The notes under the pieces are model-generated. The model did no database searches. It was given only the letters and a program-made list of their open reading frames with translations, and was not told the origin of the DNA. This document shows positions 21,101-27,457 of a DNA stretch of 64,000 nucleotides, piece by piece (within the stretch, counting starts at the first letter, position 1; each line of letters opens with the position of its first letter). This stretch comes from a virus (Duplodnaviria; Caudoviricetes): IMG/VR virus record IMGVR_UViG_3300021962_000022; one strand, given 5' to 3'. The translations under genes and the position numbers were made by a program.

Positions 21101-22195
21101 TGAACTTGTTATCGATGGTGTTAATGATGGGGTTACTGAACTTGTTGGTGTTACAGAGCTTGTAACTGACGGTGTAACACTTGAAGTAATTGATGGTGTA
21201 ACACTCGGAGTTACGGAACTTGTTGGAGTTACAGATGGTGTGACTGATGGTGTGATAGATGGTGTAACCGAACTAGTAGGTGTAACTGATGGAGTTACTG
21301 AAGCGGTTATAGATGGAGTCACTGAACTCGTAACAGATGGTGTAACGGAACTTGTTGGGGTTATAGATGGTGTTAAAGACGGAGTAACCGATGGTGTAAC
21401 TGATGGAGTTACTGAACTTGTTGGTGTAACAGAACTAGTAACAGATGGTGTTACTGAAGAAGTTGGTGTAACAGATGTGGTAACCGATGGTGTTACTGAA
21501 GGTGTAACCGACGAAGTTGGTGTTACAGACGGAGTCTCACTTGGAGTTAACGACGGTGTTAAACTTGGTGTTACTGAAGAAGTTGGTGTAACAGATGTGG
21601 TAACCGATGGTGTGATAGAAGGAGTAACTGATGGTGTAACACTTGGAGTAACTGAACTTGTTGGTGTTACACTTGGAGTCTCTGAAGGTGTAATAGATGG
21701 AGTTACAGAGCTAGTGGGTGTGATTGATGGTGTAATCGAGCTAGTTGGAGTTACAGAAGGTGTAACTGATGGTGTAACATCTGGTGTTCTTGTTGGTGTA
21801 ACCGATGGGGTTGGGGTAATTGAACTCGTTGGAGTAACTGATGGAGTCACTGATGGAGTTGAAGTTACTGATGGGGTTGTTGTGACAGTTGGTGTTACTG
21901 AAGGTGTGGTTGTGACAGTTGGTGTAACAGGAGGTGTACTTTGTGGTGTTGGCGTTAAACTTGGTGTAACAGAAGGTGTAATTGAAGGTGTTGGGGATGG
22001 ACAATTAATTGCCGCGTAACATGTTTTGTCATGCGATGGAAAATAAACTGAATAGGTTCCTAAGTAATAAGTTGTGTCGTAATAATACGGCATCACAACA
22101 GTACCTAAATTAATGGTACCGCCAGTACAGGGATAAAATGTGATAACACCAATTTCACCATCAAAATTACCTGTGTTTATCTTTATTAATGCCAT
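6200..22195 (-). CDS. 5331-aa giant mucin-like (TPSV/TSSV repeat) protein with N-terminal domain and C-terminal Cys-rich modules
   Basis: Uninterrupted 16-kb ORF with plausible non-repetitive N- and C-termini, a dedicated upstream promoter, and synonymous variation concentrated at wobble positions of this frame. Confidence 0.85.
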   Translation of the reverse strand: MALIKINTGNFDGEIGVITFYPCTGGTINLGTVVMPYYYDTTYYLGTYSVYFPSHDKTCYAAINCPSPTPSITPSVTPSLTPTPQSTPPVTPTVTTTPSVTPTVTTTPSVTSTPSVTPSVTPTSSITPTPSVTPTRTPDVTPSVTPSVTPTSSITPSITPTSSVTPSITPSETPSVTPTSSVTPSVTPSVTPSITPSVTTSVTPTSSVTPSLTPSLTPSETPSVTPTSSVTPSVTPSVTTSVTPTSSVTPSVTSSVTPTSSVTPSVTPSVTPSLTPSITPTSSVTPSVTSSVTPSITASVTPSVTPTSSVTPSITPSVTPSVTPTSSVTPSVTPSITSSVTPSVTSSVTPTSSVTPSLTPSITSSVTPSVTPTSSVTPSVTPSVTSSVTPSVTSSVTPSVTPSITPSVTPTSSVTPSVTPSVTSSVTPSVTPSVTSSVTPSLTPSVTPSVTSSVTPSVTPSVTPTSSVTPSVTSSLTPSVTPSVTPSVTSSVTPSVTPSVTPTSSVTPSITPSITPSVTPTSSVTPSITPSVTPSVTPSVTPSVTSSVTPSLTPSVTPTSSITPSVTPSVTSSVTPSVTSSVTPSVTSSVTPSVTSSVTPTSSVTPSVTPSRTPSLTPSVTSSVTPSVTSSVTPSITSSVTPTSSVTPSVTPSVTPSVTSSVTPSLTPSVTPSITPSVTSSVTPTSSVTPSVTSSVTPSVSSSVTPSLTPSRTPSVTPSITPSVTPTSSVTPSLTPSVTSSVTPSVTSSVTPSITPSVTSSVTPSETPSVTPTSSVTPSATPSITPSETPSVTPSVTSSVTPSITPSVTSSVTPSITPSITPSETPSVTPTSSVTPSVTSSVTPSVTPTSSVTPSITPSATPSVTPSSSVTPSVTSSVTPSVTPSVTSSVTPSITPSITPSETPSITPTSSVTPSVTSSVTPSITPTSSVTPSITPSITPSETPSVTPTSSVTPSVTPSITPSETPSVTPTSSVTPSITPSITPSETPSVTPTSSVTPSVTASVTPSETPSVTPTSSVTPSVTSSVTPSVTPSVTPTSSVTPSITPSVTSSVTPTSSVTPSITPSETPSVTPTSSVTPSVTASVTPSITPSVTSSVTPSITPSETPSVTPTSSVTPSVTASVTPSITPSVTPTSSVTPSVTPSITPSETPSVTPTSSVTPSITPSETPSVTPTSSVTPSVTPSVTSSVTPSITPSVTASVTPSVTPSVTASVTPSVTSSVTPSITPSETPSVTPTSSVTPSVTASVTPSITPSVTASVTPSITPSITPSETPSVTPTSSVTPSITPSVTASVTPSVTSSVTPSVTASVTPSVTPTSSVTPSVTASVTPSITPSITPSVTSSVTPSITPSITLTSSVTPSITPSETPSVTPTSSVTPSITPSETPSVTPSETPSVTPSVTSSVTPSVTPSVTSSVTPTSSVTPSVTTSRTPSVTPTSSVTPSVTPSVTPSVTPSVTSSVTPSVTSSVTPSVTPTSSVTPSVTPSITPSLTPSRTPSVTPTSSVTPSVTPSVTSSVTPSITPTSSVTPSVTSSVTPSITSSVTPSVTPSVTPSVTPTSSVTPSVTPSLTPSVTPTPAPSCDIDYTMLPSPTPTSTPTPSVTPSLTPSVTASLTPSVTPSLTPSVSSSVTPSVTPSVTNSVTPSITPSVTPSLTPSVTPTSSVTPSLTPSVTSSVTPSVTSSITPSVTSSITPSVTPTSSVTPSITPSRTPSVTPSSSVTPSVTSSVTPSVTPSVTSSVTPSITASVTPSVTPTSSVTPSVTSSVTPSITPSVTPSVTSSVTPSLTPSVTSSVTPTSSVTPSVTSSVTPSVTSSVTPTSSVTPSVTPSVTPSVTATSSVTPSVTPSVTPSVTPTSSVTPSVTPSRTPSVTPSVTSSVTPSVTPSITPSVTASVTPTSSVTPSVTASLTPSVTPTSSVTPSVTSSVTPSVTPSVTPSVTPSVTSSVTPSVTPTSSVTPSVTSSVTPSVTPSSSVTPSVTSSVTPSVTPSVTSSVTPSVTPTSSVTPSVTSSVTPSVTSSVTPTSSVTPSVTPSVTSSVTPTSSVTPSITPSVTPSVTPTSSVTPSVTSSVTPSVTSSVTPSVTPSITPSVTSSVTPTSSVTPSVTSSVTPSVTPSVTPSVTSSVTPSVTPSVTPTSSVTPSLTPSTTPSVTPTSSVTPSVTSSVTPSVTPSVTPSVTSSVTPSVTSSVTPTSSVTPSVTPSITPSLTPSVTSSVTPSVTSSVTPSVTPSVTPTSSVTPSVTSSVTPSVTPSVTPTSSVTPSVTSSVTPSVTPSVTSSVTPSVTPSVTPSVTPTSSVTPSVTPSVTPSVTPTSSVTPSVTPSITPSVTSSVTPSVTSSVTPSVTSSVTPTSSVTPSVTPSVTPSVTPTSSVTPSVTSSVTPTSSVTPSVTPSVTPTSSVTPSVTPSVTPTSSVTPSVTPSVTPTSSVTPSVTPSVTPTSSVTPSVTPSVTPTSSVTPSVTSSVTPSVTPSVTSSITPSITPSRTPSVTPTSSVTPSVTSSVTPSVTPSVTPSVTSSVTPSVTSSVTPTSSVTPSVTPSVTSSVTPSVTPSVTSSVTPSLTPSVTPTSSVTPSVTPSRTPSVTPTSSVTPSVTPSVTSSVTPSVTSSITPSVTPSVTSSVTPTSSVTPSVTSSVTPSLTPSVTPSVTSSVTPSVTPSVTPTSSVTPSVTSSVTPSVTPSVTSSVTPSVTPSVTPSVTPTSSVTPSVTPSVTPSVTPSVTPSVTSSVTPSVTPSVTPTSSVTPSVTSSVTPSLTPSVTPSVTSSVTPSVTSSVTPTSSVTPSVTPSRTPSVTPSVTSSITPSVTPSITPSVTPTSSVTPSVTSSVTPSITPSVTSSVTPSVTPSVTSSVTPTSSVTPSVTSSVTPSITPSVTSSVTPSITPSVTPSVTPTSSVTPSVTSSVTPSITPTSSVTPSVTASVTPSVTPSVTSSVTPSVTPSVTPTSSVTPSVTPSVTPSVTPTSSVTPSVTPSVTPSVTSSVTPSVTPSVTASVTPTSSVTPSVTSSVTPSVTPSVTPSVTSSVTPSVTPSVTPTSSVTPSITPSITPSVTSSVTPSVTSSVTPSVTPSVTPTSSVTPSVTPSVTPSVTPSVTPSVTSSVTPSVTPSVTPTSSVTPSITPSRTPSVTSSVTPSVTSSVTPSVTASVTPTSSVTPSITPSVTPSVTPTSSVTPSVTSSVTPSVTSSVTPSVTASVTPSVTPSVTPTSSVTPSVTSSVTPSVTPTSSVTPSVTPSRTPSVTPSVTSSVTPSVTSSVTPSVTPTSSVTPSVTSSVTPSVTSSVTPSVTSSVTPSVTPSVTPTSSVTPSATPSITPSVTSSVTPSVTSSITPSVTPSVTPTSSVTPSLTPSVTPSVTPTSSITPSVTSSVTPSVTSSVTPTSSVTPSVTPSRTPSVTPSVTPSVTSSVTPSVTPSVTPTSSVTPSVTSSVTPSVTATSSVTPSVTPSVTPSVTSSVTPSVTSSVTPSVTPTSSVTPSVTSSVTPSVTPTSSVTPSITPSRTPSVTPSVTSSVTPSVTSSVTPSITPTSSVTPSITPSVTPSVTPTSSVTPSVTPSVTPSVTSSVTPSVTSSVTPSVTPSVTPTSSVTPSVTPSVTPSVTPTSSVTPSVTPSVTSSVTPSVTSSVTPSVTSSVTPSVTPSVTSSVTPSVTSSVTPSITPTSSVTPSVTPSVTPSVTATSSVTPSVTPSVTSSVTPTSSVTPSITPSRTPSVTPSVTSSVTPSLTPSVTPSVTATSSVTPSITPSTTPSVTPTSSVTPSITPSVTPSVTSSVTPSVTSSVTPSVTPSVTPTSSVTPSLTPSVTPSVTATSSVTPSVTPSLTPSVTPTSSVTPSITPSVTPSVTSSVTPSVTSSITPSVTSSVTPTSSVTPSVTPSRTPSVTPSSSVTPSVTPSITPSLTPSVTPSVTSSVTPSVTPSVTPTSSVTPSVTPSVTPSVTPTSSVTPSVTSSVTPSVTSTSSVTPSLTPSVTPSVTSTSSVTPSLTPSVTPSVTPTSSVTPSITPSVTSSVTPTSSVTPSVTPSVTPSVTSSVTPSITSSVTPSVTPSVTPTSSVTPSVTPSRTPSVTATSSVTPSVTPSVTPSVTATSSVTPSVTSSVTPSVTPSSSVTPSVTPSVTSSVTPSVTPSVTPSVTSSVTPSVTPSVTPSSSVTPSLTPSTTPSVTPSSSVTPSLTPSVTSSVTPTSSVTPSLTPSTTPSVTPSSSVTPSVTPSVTPSVTPTSSVTPSVTSSRTPSVTPSSSVTPSVTSSITPSTTPSVTPSSSVTPSVTASITPSTTPSVTATSSVTPSVTPSRTPSVTPTSSVTPSVTPSVTPSITPTSSVTPSVTPSLTPSVTPSSSVTPSITPSTTPSITPSSSVTPSITSSVTPSVTPSSSVTPSITPSRTPSVTPTSSVTPSVTPSVTPSVTATSSVTPSVTPSLTPSVTPSSSVTPSITPSTTPSVTPTSSVTPSVTPSVTPSVTATSSVTPSITPSTTPSVTPTSSVTPSRTPEPTSSVTPSVTPSRTASVTPSLTPSVTPTSSVTPSVTSSVTPSVTPTSSVTPSVTSSVTPSVTPSVTPSVTSSVTPSVTSSVTPTSSVTPSVTPSVTPSVTPTSSVTPSVTPTPSRTPDPTRSVTPSVTPTSSITPSVTSSVTPTSSVTPSVTPTVTPTSSVTPSVTPSVTPSSSVTPSVTPTVTPSTVIVSVQTQSCCDNNIYNINMTQGDFNYITGNPGIYPFGGTCYQSFVLIANGAYPFYTLASSKFADCASCNAVFTCPTPSPTPTSSVTATPSRTPSLTPSRTPSVTPSITPSLTPTSSVTASITPSTTPSVTPSSSVTPSITPSTTPSVTPSSSVTPSITPSTTPSVTATSSVTPSITPSRTPSVTPSSSVTPSITPSTTPSVTPSSSVTPDPTRSVTPSVTPTSSVTPSVTPTPSRTPDPTRSVTPSVTPTSSVTPSVTPSVTPSSSVTPSITPSLTPTSSVTPSPSPQYIGAVFTSCCAGDTTIYQGRVPIGTAIGTVFYIQSAQLCARFDDFGPNTGPIYTSSYGSCEECILETFQNCPSVTPSRTASVTPSITPSVTPSRTPSVTPTPSVTPSLTPSRTASVTPSRTAGASPPPTPSVTPSRTASVTPSVTPSVTPSVTPSVTPTSSVTPSRTASVTPSLTPSVTPSRTPTPSVTPSLTPSVTPSVTPSSSPAAAGVSPTPTPTPSSTPPCDCREWLVTQLNNWNFVSYTDCQGNAQTLSDPAYWEANGGNHELVLCACGAPNVGGFPWTGSVSVIGACDCKCTEINITDRDITDYGQVYMYYQCCDGQFFQRLYTTATTESRCISRVMYLAVFDRGVWYTIPNLGGTSGFSYGVTCCGGAHGCGCEEVC
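8220..22000. repeat. About 13.8-kb low-complexity coding repeat (3-5 aa units: TPSV, TSSV, TPSI, TPSE, TPSR, TPST)
   Basis: Direct reading; repetitive at protein level, degenerate at DNA level. Confidence 0.95.
14853..15062. repeat. Five near-identical 42-bp tandem copies ([14 protein letters not shown])
   Basis: gaagtaggtgtcactgatggtgtaaccgatggtgtaac(tgat/actc) at 14853, 14895, 14937, 14979 and 15021. Confidence 0.9.
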
Positions 22196-22235
22196 TTAAA
22201 TCTACAGTCTTATCTATATCTATTTTTATTATAAA

Positions 22236-22264
22236 AATATACTCAATTTTTAGGGGTTTGTCAA
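22236..22264 (-). promoter_or_regulatory. Sigma70-like promoter TTGACA-N17-TATATT upstream of the giant repeat gene
   Basis: -35 at 22264-22259, exact 17-nt spacer, -10 at 22241-22236, 40 nt before the ATG. Confidence 0.7.
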
Positions 22265-22288
22265 CGTCTATTTTTATTGTTTTTATCA

Positions 22289-25200
22289 TTAGCAATCAAA
22301 AATGGAACTACTTAATTCTACATTGGTTGGTTCTGTAGAACAATAATTGGCGTCGATATAATATTGACCGAGATTAAATCCGATGTTTGGATGTTTATTG
22401 TATTTGTGTTTCATTAGGATTTGTTCGTCCGTATTTCCGTTGAAAACGACAACAAATTCATCTGTTAGTGGTGTGTTGTTTAATTCGAAATTTAAATTAA
22501 AGTACAATCCTGATTCACAGTAATTTAAATCTACATCAATAACTTCTATTATGTCACCATATTGGTTTATTAAATAATCTCCATGATTATATAATTCTTT
22601 AGGGTGGTCACAACAAGGTTCTATAAAATCCGTTGGTTTCTTTTGTAATTCTTCAGGGAAACGGTCATCAAAGAAATAGGTACTATTTGTTGGTGTACCA
22701 AAATCTTCAACTATTCTGTTTGTATAGACTCTTAATTGTGTTGTCGGTAAAACTTCAAAAACTTCATAAGTGTTATTTAAAGTCAATCCGGTAATAATAC
22801 TTTTTTTAACTGAAGCCAAACATTCGATATCGGTAATTTCAAGTTTTTGGTAATTAAATGTGAAAGAGTAACCCGAAACAGGTCCGTTTACAATCTGTTG
22901 GTTTGTGTATCCTGAACATGGTTTATATGATGCAGATAAAACGAATTCACCAACATTTAAATCACACACATTTTTCTCTACAATAGAACCATTACCTATG
23001 TATGTTTGAACATTCGCTTCTGTGGTTTGATTATTAATGGTTAATCCACTATTAACCGCTAAAACTATGGAATCACATTTTAAACCGTAATTGAAAATTG
23101 ATTTATATTCAACTTTAGGTTGTATTGTGTAACCCGTGTAGTTATCACAATATGTTGCGCCTGAAATAACAGAAATCGGGTTTGATATTGACCCTTGATA
23201 ACCAACAATATTGAATAATTCTACGTGACTTTTACCATTAGGTGTTGGACATGGGTCGTGTTCTATCTTTCCTTGTAGTCCATCAATTTTAAAGTTAACT
23301 TCCTTATTTGCTGCGTCAACAATATTAAAATTAATTACGTCATTTTCAGATACACCTGTTAGTTTGTACACACAATCACTAACTTTTTCAATGTGTACGT
23401 CCGCATTCTCATTTGTTCCACTTACACAGTTAGCGTAAATGTGGAATGGCCATGTAGAACCTTGTTGTACACCTGTTTTATATCCAATAACCTCGAAAAA
23501 TACGTCACTTACTAATGTACATCCACTAGGTGTGTCACAAAAAGCTTCATTATCGGTGTAAACTTTAACACTGATACCGTTTGTGTTTTTAGTTACGTTA
23601 TAATCGGCTTCAAATCGATAATCAAAATAATCAGTAACGGAACATTCATTTGGACCTAATTTTACAGATGAAAATTTAACCTTTTCAACGTCATTTTCGT
23701 CAATAAATGTTTGGTATTTTATTAAAGGTATTGTCTCAGAAAAATAAGTTTGTCCTGTGGTTCCCGTAAACGCAGAATATGGTACATAACCAGCACTATT
23801 TCTTGTTATAGTGATGTCTGATATTAATTCAGATAATGCGTTTAACCATAAACTTTTGATTTGAGTAACATTAGGTTCAAGATAGGTTTTGTAATCACAA
23901 ATTAGAGATAAATTAACTGTGTCTCCACTTGTTACACCACTTGTACAACCTGTAAATGGTTGTGGGTCGAATAATTTAGCACTGTTAGAGGTGTTACTTG
24001 TTCCACTTAAGATTACATACATTGAAGATGTTAATCCAGTGTAGTCTGCACCGCCGTAAATTGTCCCATCTATTTCAATAATAGGGTAGTAGGTTACTCC
24101 AGTTAAGTTTATTAGCCCTCTAAAATTATTTTCTTCACCTAAAATATTTTCTAAATCCTCTTCAATAATAGTTTCAAAGTCAGGATAAAGTTCTTCAATA
24201 AATTCTAATGGTTGACAATCGTATCTATATTGATATTTTGGTCTACCGAATATATTATTTTCAATTAAATTACCACCTGTCCATAAAGTCGTTGATGGTA
24301 CTAATTGTTCAACTAATTGTGGCCAATAAGGTGATAATTTGTTTACAAATTCAATAACATTTATTTGATTATAAGGGGTAAAACCTGTGGTTTGTGAGAT
24401 ATAATCTTGAAAAACATCTTCTAATTGTATGTAATTCTTTTTGTATCGAATTTTATTTGAATTTGTTACAAGACCATGGATAAATGTGTCTAAAAATTCC
24501 GCAAATGTTTTACCTGTTTGTGGTAATAAAGTATTTGAACCGAAACTTATTAATAATTCCCTACTTTGTCTATAGATATCGTAGTCAATACCTCTTGCTG
24601 GTGATATGTATATACCAATATTTTTTCTATTTAAGATTAATAGATAATCATCCTCAATCGGTTTACCGTTACCATTATCAATATCGGGAACTAACTCATA
24701 TCCTGTATCTAATCCAGGTAGTGTTCGGTACAGATTAAAATAATCTTCACCATATGTGTAACCCTTGTTTTTTGTTTTAATTGATTTTGTTGTTCCCGTT
24801 AATGTTGAATTTTCAGAATCCAAAACAAGGGGAGAACGATGTGATAAAGTGATATCGTACCAACCAGAACCTTTTTCAAAAAATATTCCTTCGGTTGCAT
24901 TAAACGCTCTTCTTGGTAAACCTGTTAATTCATCAACAGGGTAACCATCTCTATCAAAAGTTGTTGACGCGGAGTATGTAACATTGGTATATGTGTAACC
25001 TGTTGTATCAAAAGTTGCGTATGAATACGTTTTGTTACCTTGAATCGCGTCATATATGTCTTGTTGTAAATCAAAACTAGCAGGGATTGATGTTACTTTA
25101 TAAACGTATTCATCAATTCTAATTAAAGGTTCGGGCGCTCCTAAGAATTTTAAAAAGAAATCAATAGAAGACCTAGTACCTTTTGATTTATAAATGTGAG

Positions 25201-26530
25201 CTAAGTTTATTAATAATCTTCTATAAAATTCATATTCGGCTTCAACTAAATTTGTACCTGTAGATACTCCGTTGTAATTTGAATCTAATCTTGAATATAG
25301 AACATCATTCAAACTATTTTCGTCAAATAAATTTAGTGTTGATAATCCTAAATTCTCTGCTAAATTCTTTAAAAGTACATCTGGTAAATTATTGATGCCG
25401 TCATAACTAACATTTCTCATGTAAGCTATGTTGTCAATATATTTTTTTACACTATCAAAACTTTGTCCATATAATTGGAAAACACTTTCGGCTCTTTTGT
25501 CCTCGGTGTCAAATTCAAATAACTGAGGTGCTGCCAAAAATCTAACCATTAAATTAGATTTATAACCATCTATTTCATCCGCAATATCTTTTAAGTGGTT
25601 CACATAGATGTCATAATCAAATCCTGTGATTTGTATATTATAACCATCACTTGAAATCGGCCACGTTAAAACAACATCAACCAAGGACGTTTTTGTATTG
25701 TCTTGGGTGTCTCTTGGAACTTTAAATGTTGAGGTGTAAATTGGATTTGTATCTCTATTTAAAAGAGATTCCTCTAAATCATCTAAACCTTGGAAGAATT
25801 CTTCCACTAAACCGTCATTGGGTCTTATTAAAAGATTACTTGAATAAGTTGAACCCGTGAACGGTTTACCATATACCCTTAATAAAATTTTATTATCCGT
25901 GTTTGGTTCGGTGTATTCTAAAATAGGGTATGGTGTGTTGTCTGTAACAACAACATATTTTGTGTAAGAAGAGTAAAAATTTCTTAATTCATTTTCGGTC
26001 TCTGGTTTAATTACCGAATTCGGTTCAACAAAAACTAATTCAAATGGATTAAAGATTTTACTTCTCTCAATATAAAAAGTTGTGGTATTGGTACTATCGT
26101 TATATGTAATTCCACTCGCACTAAAATTCGATACACCTATTGGACTATCTGCCAATATGGAAATAGCACCGGGGAATTTATTAATAATTTTAGTTAATGA
26201 AACTAAGATTCTACTTCTTAAAGAACCAAATAATGATTTATCAGCATATTTTTTATTTCCCTTAAATCTTACCTCATCCGTTCTTTTTTTTCTTGGAGTT
26301 GGGGATGTTGTTTGTATGCCCTCAACCTCTTTTAAAGTATCTAAAGTTAAAAATTGAGAAAATGGATTAGATGTAAAATTCTTAGAATCTTTGTCAGGAA
26401 TAGACTTGTCGAGCGCAAATACGGTGTTGGTTAGAGCGGACGACCCATCGGTTATCTGTCTACCAACTAAGAAATCACTAAATGTTTCCGCCCCGCTTGA
26501 CGCTTGACTTGGTACTTTCCTTTTTGCCAT
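22289..26530 (-). CDS. 1413-aa baseplate wedge-like structural protein (gp7/P2 gpI-like segment) with Cys-rich C-terminal extension
   Basis: IYKSKGTRSSIDFFLKFLG matches the Y-K-x-KGT pattern of wedge proteins; position in the baseplate operon. Confidence 0.7.
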   Translation of the reverse strand: MAKRKVPSQASSGAETFSDFLVGRQITDGSSALTNTVFALDKSIPDKDSKNFTSNPFSQFLTLDTLKEVEGIQTTSPTPRKKRTDEVRFKGNKKYADKSLFGSLRSRILVSLTKIINKFPGAISILADSPIGVSNFSASGITYNDSTNTTTFYIERSKIFNPFELVFVEPNSVIKPETENELRNFYSSYTKYVVVTDNTPYPILEYTEPNTDNKILLRVYGKPFTGSTYSSNLLIRPNDGLVEEFFQGLDDLEESLLNRDTNPIYTSTFKVPRDTQDNTKTSLVDVVLTWPISSDGYNIQITGFDYDIYVNHLKDIADEIDGYKSNLMVRFLAAPQLFEFDTEDKRAESVFQLYGQSFDSVKKYIDNIAYMRNVSYDGINNLPDVLLKNLAENLGLSTLNLFDENSLNDVLYSRLDSNYNGVSTGTNLVEAEYEFYRRLLINLAHIYKSKGTRSSIDFFLKFLGAPEPLIRIDEYVYKVTSIPASFDLQQDIYDAIQGNKTYSYATFDTTGYTYTNVTYSASTTFDRDGYPVDELTGLPRRAFNATEGIFFEKGSGWYDITLSHRSPLVLDSENSTLTGTTKSIKTKNKGYTYGEDYFNLYRTLPGLDTGYELVPDIDNGNGKPIEDDYLLILNRKNIGIYISPARGIDYDIYRQSRELLISFGSNTLLPQTGKTFAEFLDTFIHGLVTNSNKIRYKKNYIQLEDVFQDYISQTTGFTPYNQINVIEFVNKLSPYWPQLVEQLVPSTTLWTGGNLIENNIFGRPKYQYRYDCQPLEFIEELYPDFETIIEEDLENILGEENNFRGLINLTGVTYYPIIEIDGTIYGGADYTGLTSSMYVILSGTSNTSNSAKLFDPQPFTGCTSGVTSGDTVNLSLICDYKTYLEPNVTQIKSLWLNALSELISDITITRNSAGYVPYSAFTGTTGQTYFSETIPLIKYQTFIDENDVEKVKFSSVKLGPNECSVTDYFDYRFEADYNVTKNTNGISVKVYTDNEAFCDTPSGCTLVSDVFFEVIGYKTGVQQGSTWPFHIYANCVSGTNENADVHIEKVSDCVYKLTGVSENDVINFNIVDAANKEVNFKIDGLQGKIEHDPCPTPNGKSHVELFNIVGYQGSISNPISVISGATYCDNYTGYTIQPKVEYKSIFNYGLKCDSIVLAVNSGLTINNQTTEANVQTYIGNGSIVEKNVCDLNVGEFVLSASYKPCSGYTNQQIVNGPVSGYSFTFNYQKLEITDIECLASVKKSIITGLTLNNTYEVFEVLPTTQLRVYTNRIVEDFGTPTNSTYFFDDRFPEELQKKPTDFIEPCCDHPKELYNHGDYLINQYGDIIEVIDVDLNYCESGLYFNLNFELNNTPLTDEFVVVFNGNTDEQILMKHKYNKHPNIGFNLGQYYIDANYCSTEPTNVELSSSIFDC

Positions 26531-27447
26531 TATTCTGTTATAGTATCAAAGTTTAAGGTTTCATCTACATCATTTCTTTCTTCACGAATCTCATATAATG
26601 TCTCATTAAATTCGTCTTTAACTTCGTAAAGATTGTATTGTCTATAGATATTATTGTTGTTGTCATAAATGGTATAGATACCTTGTGAAACCGCCTTACT
26701 TTGATTACCATACAGAGCGTGTGCCAGTGTTGAAGCGTCGTGTTCAACCATTTCAATCTCTATCGTGGTTGGATTTAAATATGTGTTTGTTAAAATGATT
26801 TTTTGTGATGGTACACCAATAAATGGTACTGTATTTGGCTTGTTAGTGGGGGCTGAAGATGGTGTTACCGTTAGGAACATTAAATTCGTTGCTTGTTCAC
26901 TATATTGATATCTAATCGCTTTTTGTGACGTACTTGTTAAATTTGAAACGATTGGTGTACAGTAGAAAGATGATGTAACAATTCTATAAAAATTTGGTAT
27001 TTTTTTATTGTCAGAAGAATTGATGTATTCTATTCTATATCCGACTAATCCTTGTGGTGTAAATTTGTTTCTATCGTCAGCAGGGACGTTTGATAAATCG
27101 ATAACCAAACCTCTAACTGAGGGTAATGATGCTAAAATTCCACAATCAGTAATACTTGTTCTTATCTGTTTTGGTCGAATGTGTAAAGTATAAACACCTA
27201 AATCAGCAAAATCATCTGCGGTTAGTTTTAAATTATACAACCCACCTAAAATTTCGACATTTGGTGCTGAGGTGTCTTCCGTAGTATCTGAATTATGATA
27301 CACGGGTGTTAATACCTCAACTGAACTTAATTTTTTAAGTGTAACAGTTGACGTGCTATTTCTATCCGAAACATAGTGAAAATAAATTTCAACATCTTCC
27401 GGCGATACATCTGATGGTCTAATTATACCGTAACTACCTACTGCCAT
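26530..27447 (-). CDS. 305-aa conserved phage structural protein (baseplate-associated)
   Basis: ORF track; stop overlaps the next start (TAATG); TATTTATT upstream. Confidence 0.8.
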   Translation of the reverse strand: MAVGSYGIIRPSDVSPEDVEIYFHYVSDRNSTSTVTLKKLSSVEVLTPVYHNSDTTEDTSAPNVEILGGLYNLKLTADDFADLGVYTLHIRPKQIRTSITDCGILASLPSVRGLVIDLSNVPADDRNKFTPQGLVGYRIEYINSSDNKKIPNFYRIVTSSFYCTPIVSNLTSTSQKAIRYQYSEQATNLMFLTVTPSSAPTNKPNTVPFIGVPSQKIILTNTYLNPTTIEIEMVEHDASTLAHALYGNQSKAVSQGIYTIYDNNNNIYRQYNLYEVKDEFNETLYEIREERNDVDETLNFDTITE

Positions 27448-27457
27448 GTTTTTTAAT

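Noticed and set aside
1879-22004. Alternative-frame minus-strand ORFs rich in His/Gln/Asn (1879-2373, 5137-5511, 5756-6082, 7096-7347, 21741-22004)
   Set aside because: They are nested in longer, better-supported genes, and their composition is a frame-shift by-product of the repeats
7350-22019. Huge plus-strand ORFs (235, 3090 and 1520 aa; VTDGVTEG...)
   Set aside because: These are antisense shadows. In this register Thr, Val, Pro and Ser codons map to Val, Thr, Gly and Asp/Glu/Leu, and a stop needs a sense Tyr, His or Gln codon, which the repeat lacks. The shadows break at non-repeat islands (for example 17453). They have no non-repetitive domains or promoters.
6200-22195. CRISPR array or DGR template/variable repeat
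   Set aside because: There are no constant repeats with unique spacers, no reverse transcriptase, and no adenine-specific mismatch pair; the repeats are in-frame coding
6200-22195. Substrate of the Bacteroidota general O-glycosylation system
   Set aside because: That system acts on exported proteins at D-(S/T)-(A/I/L/V/M/T). The repeat has almost no Asp and no signal peptide, so any glycosylation would need another enzyme.
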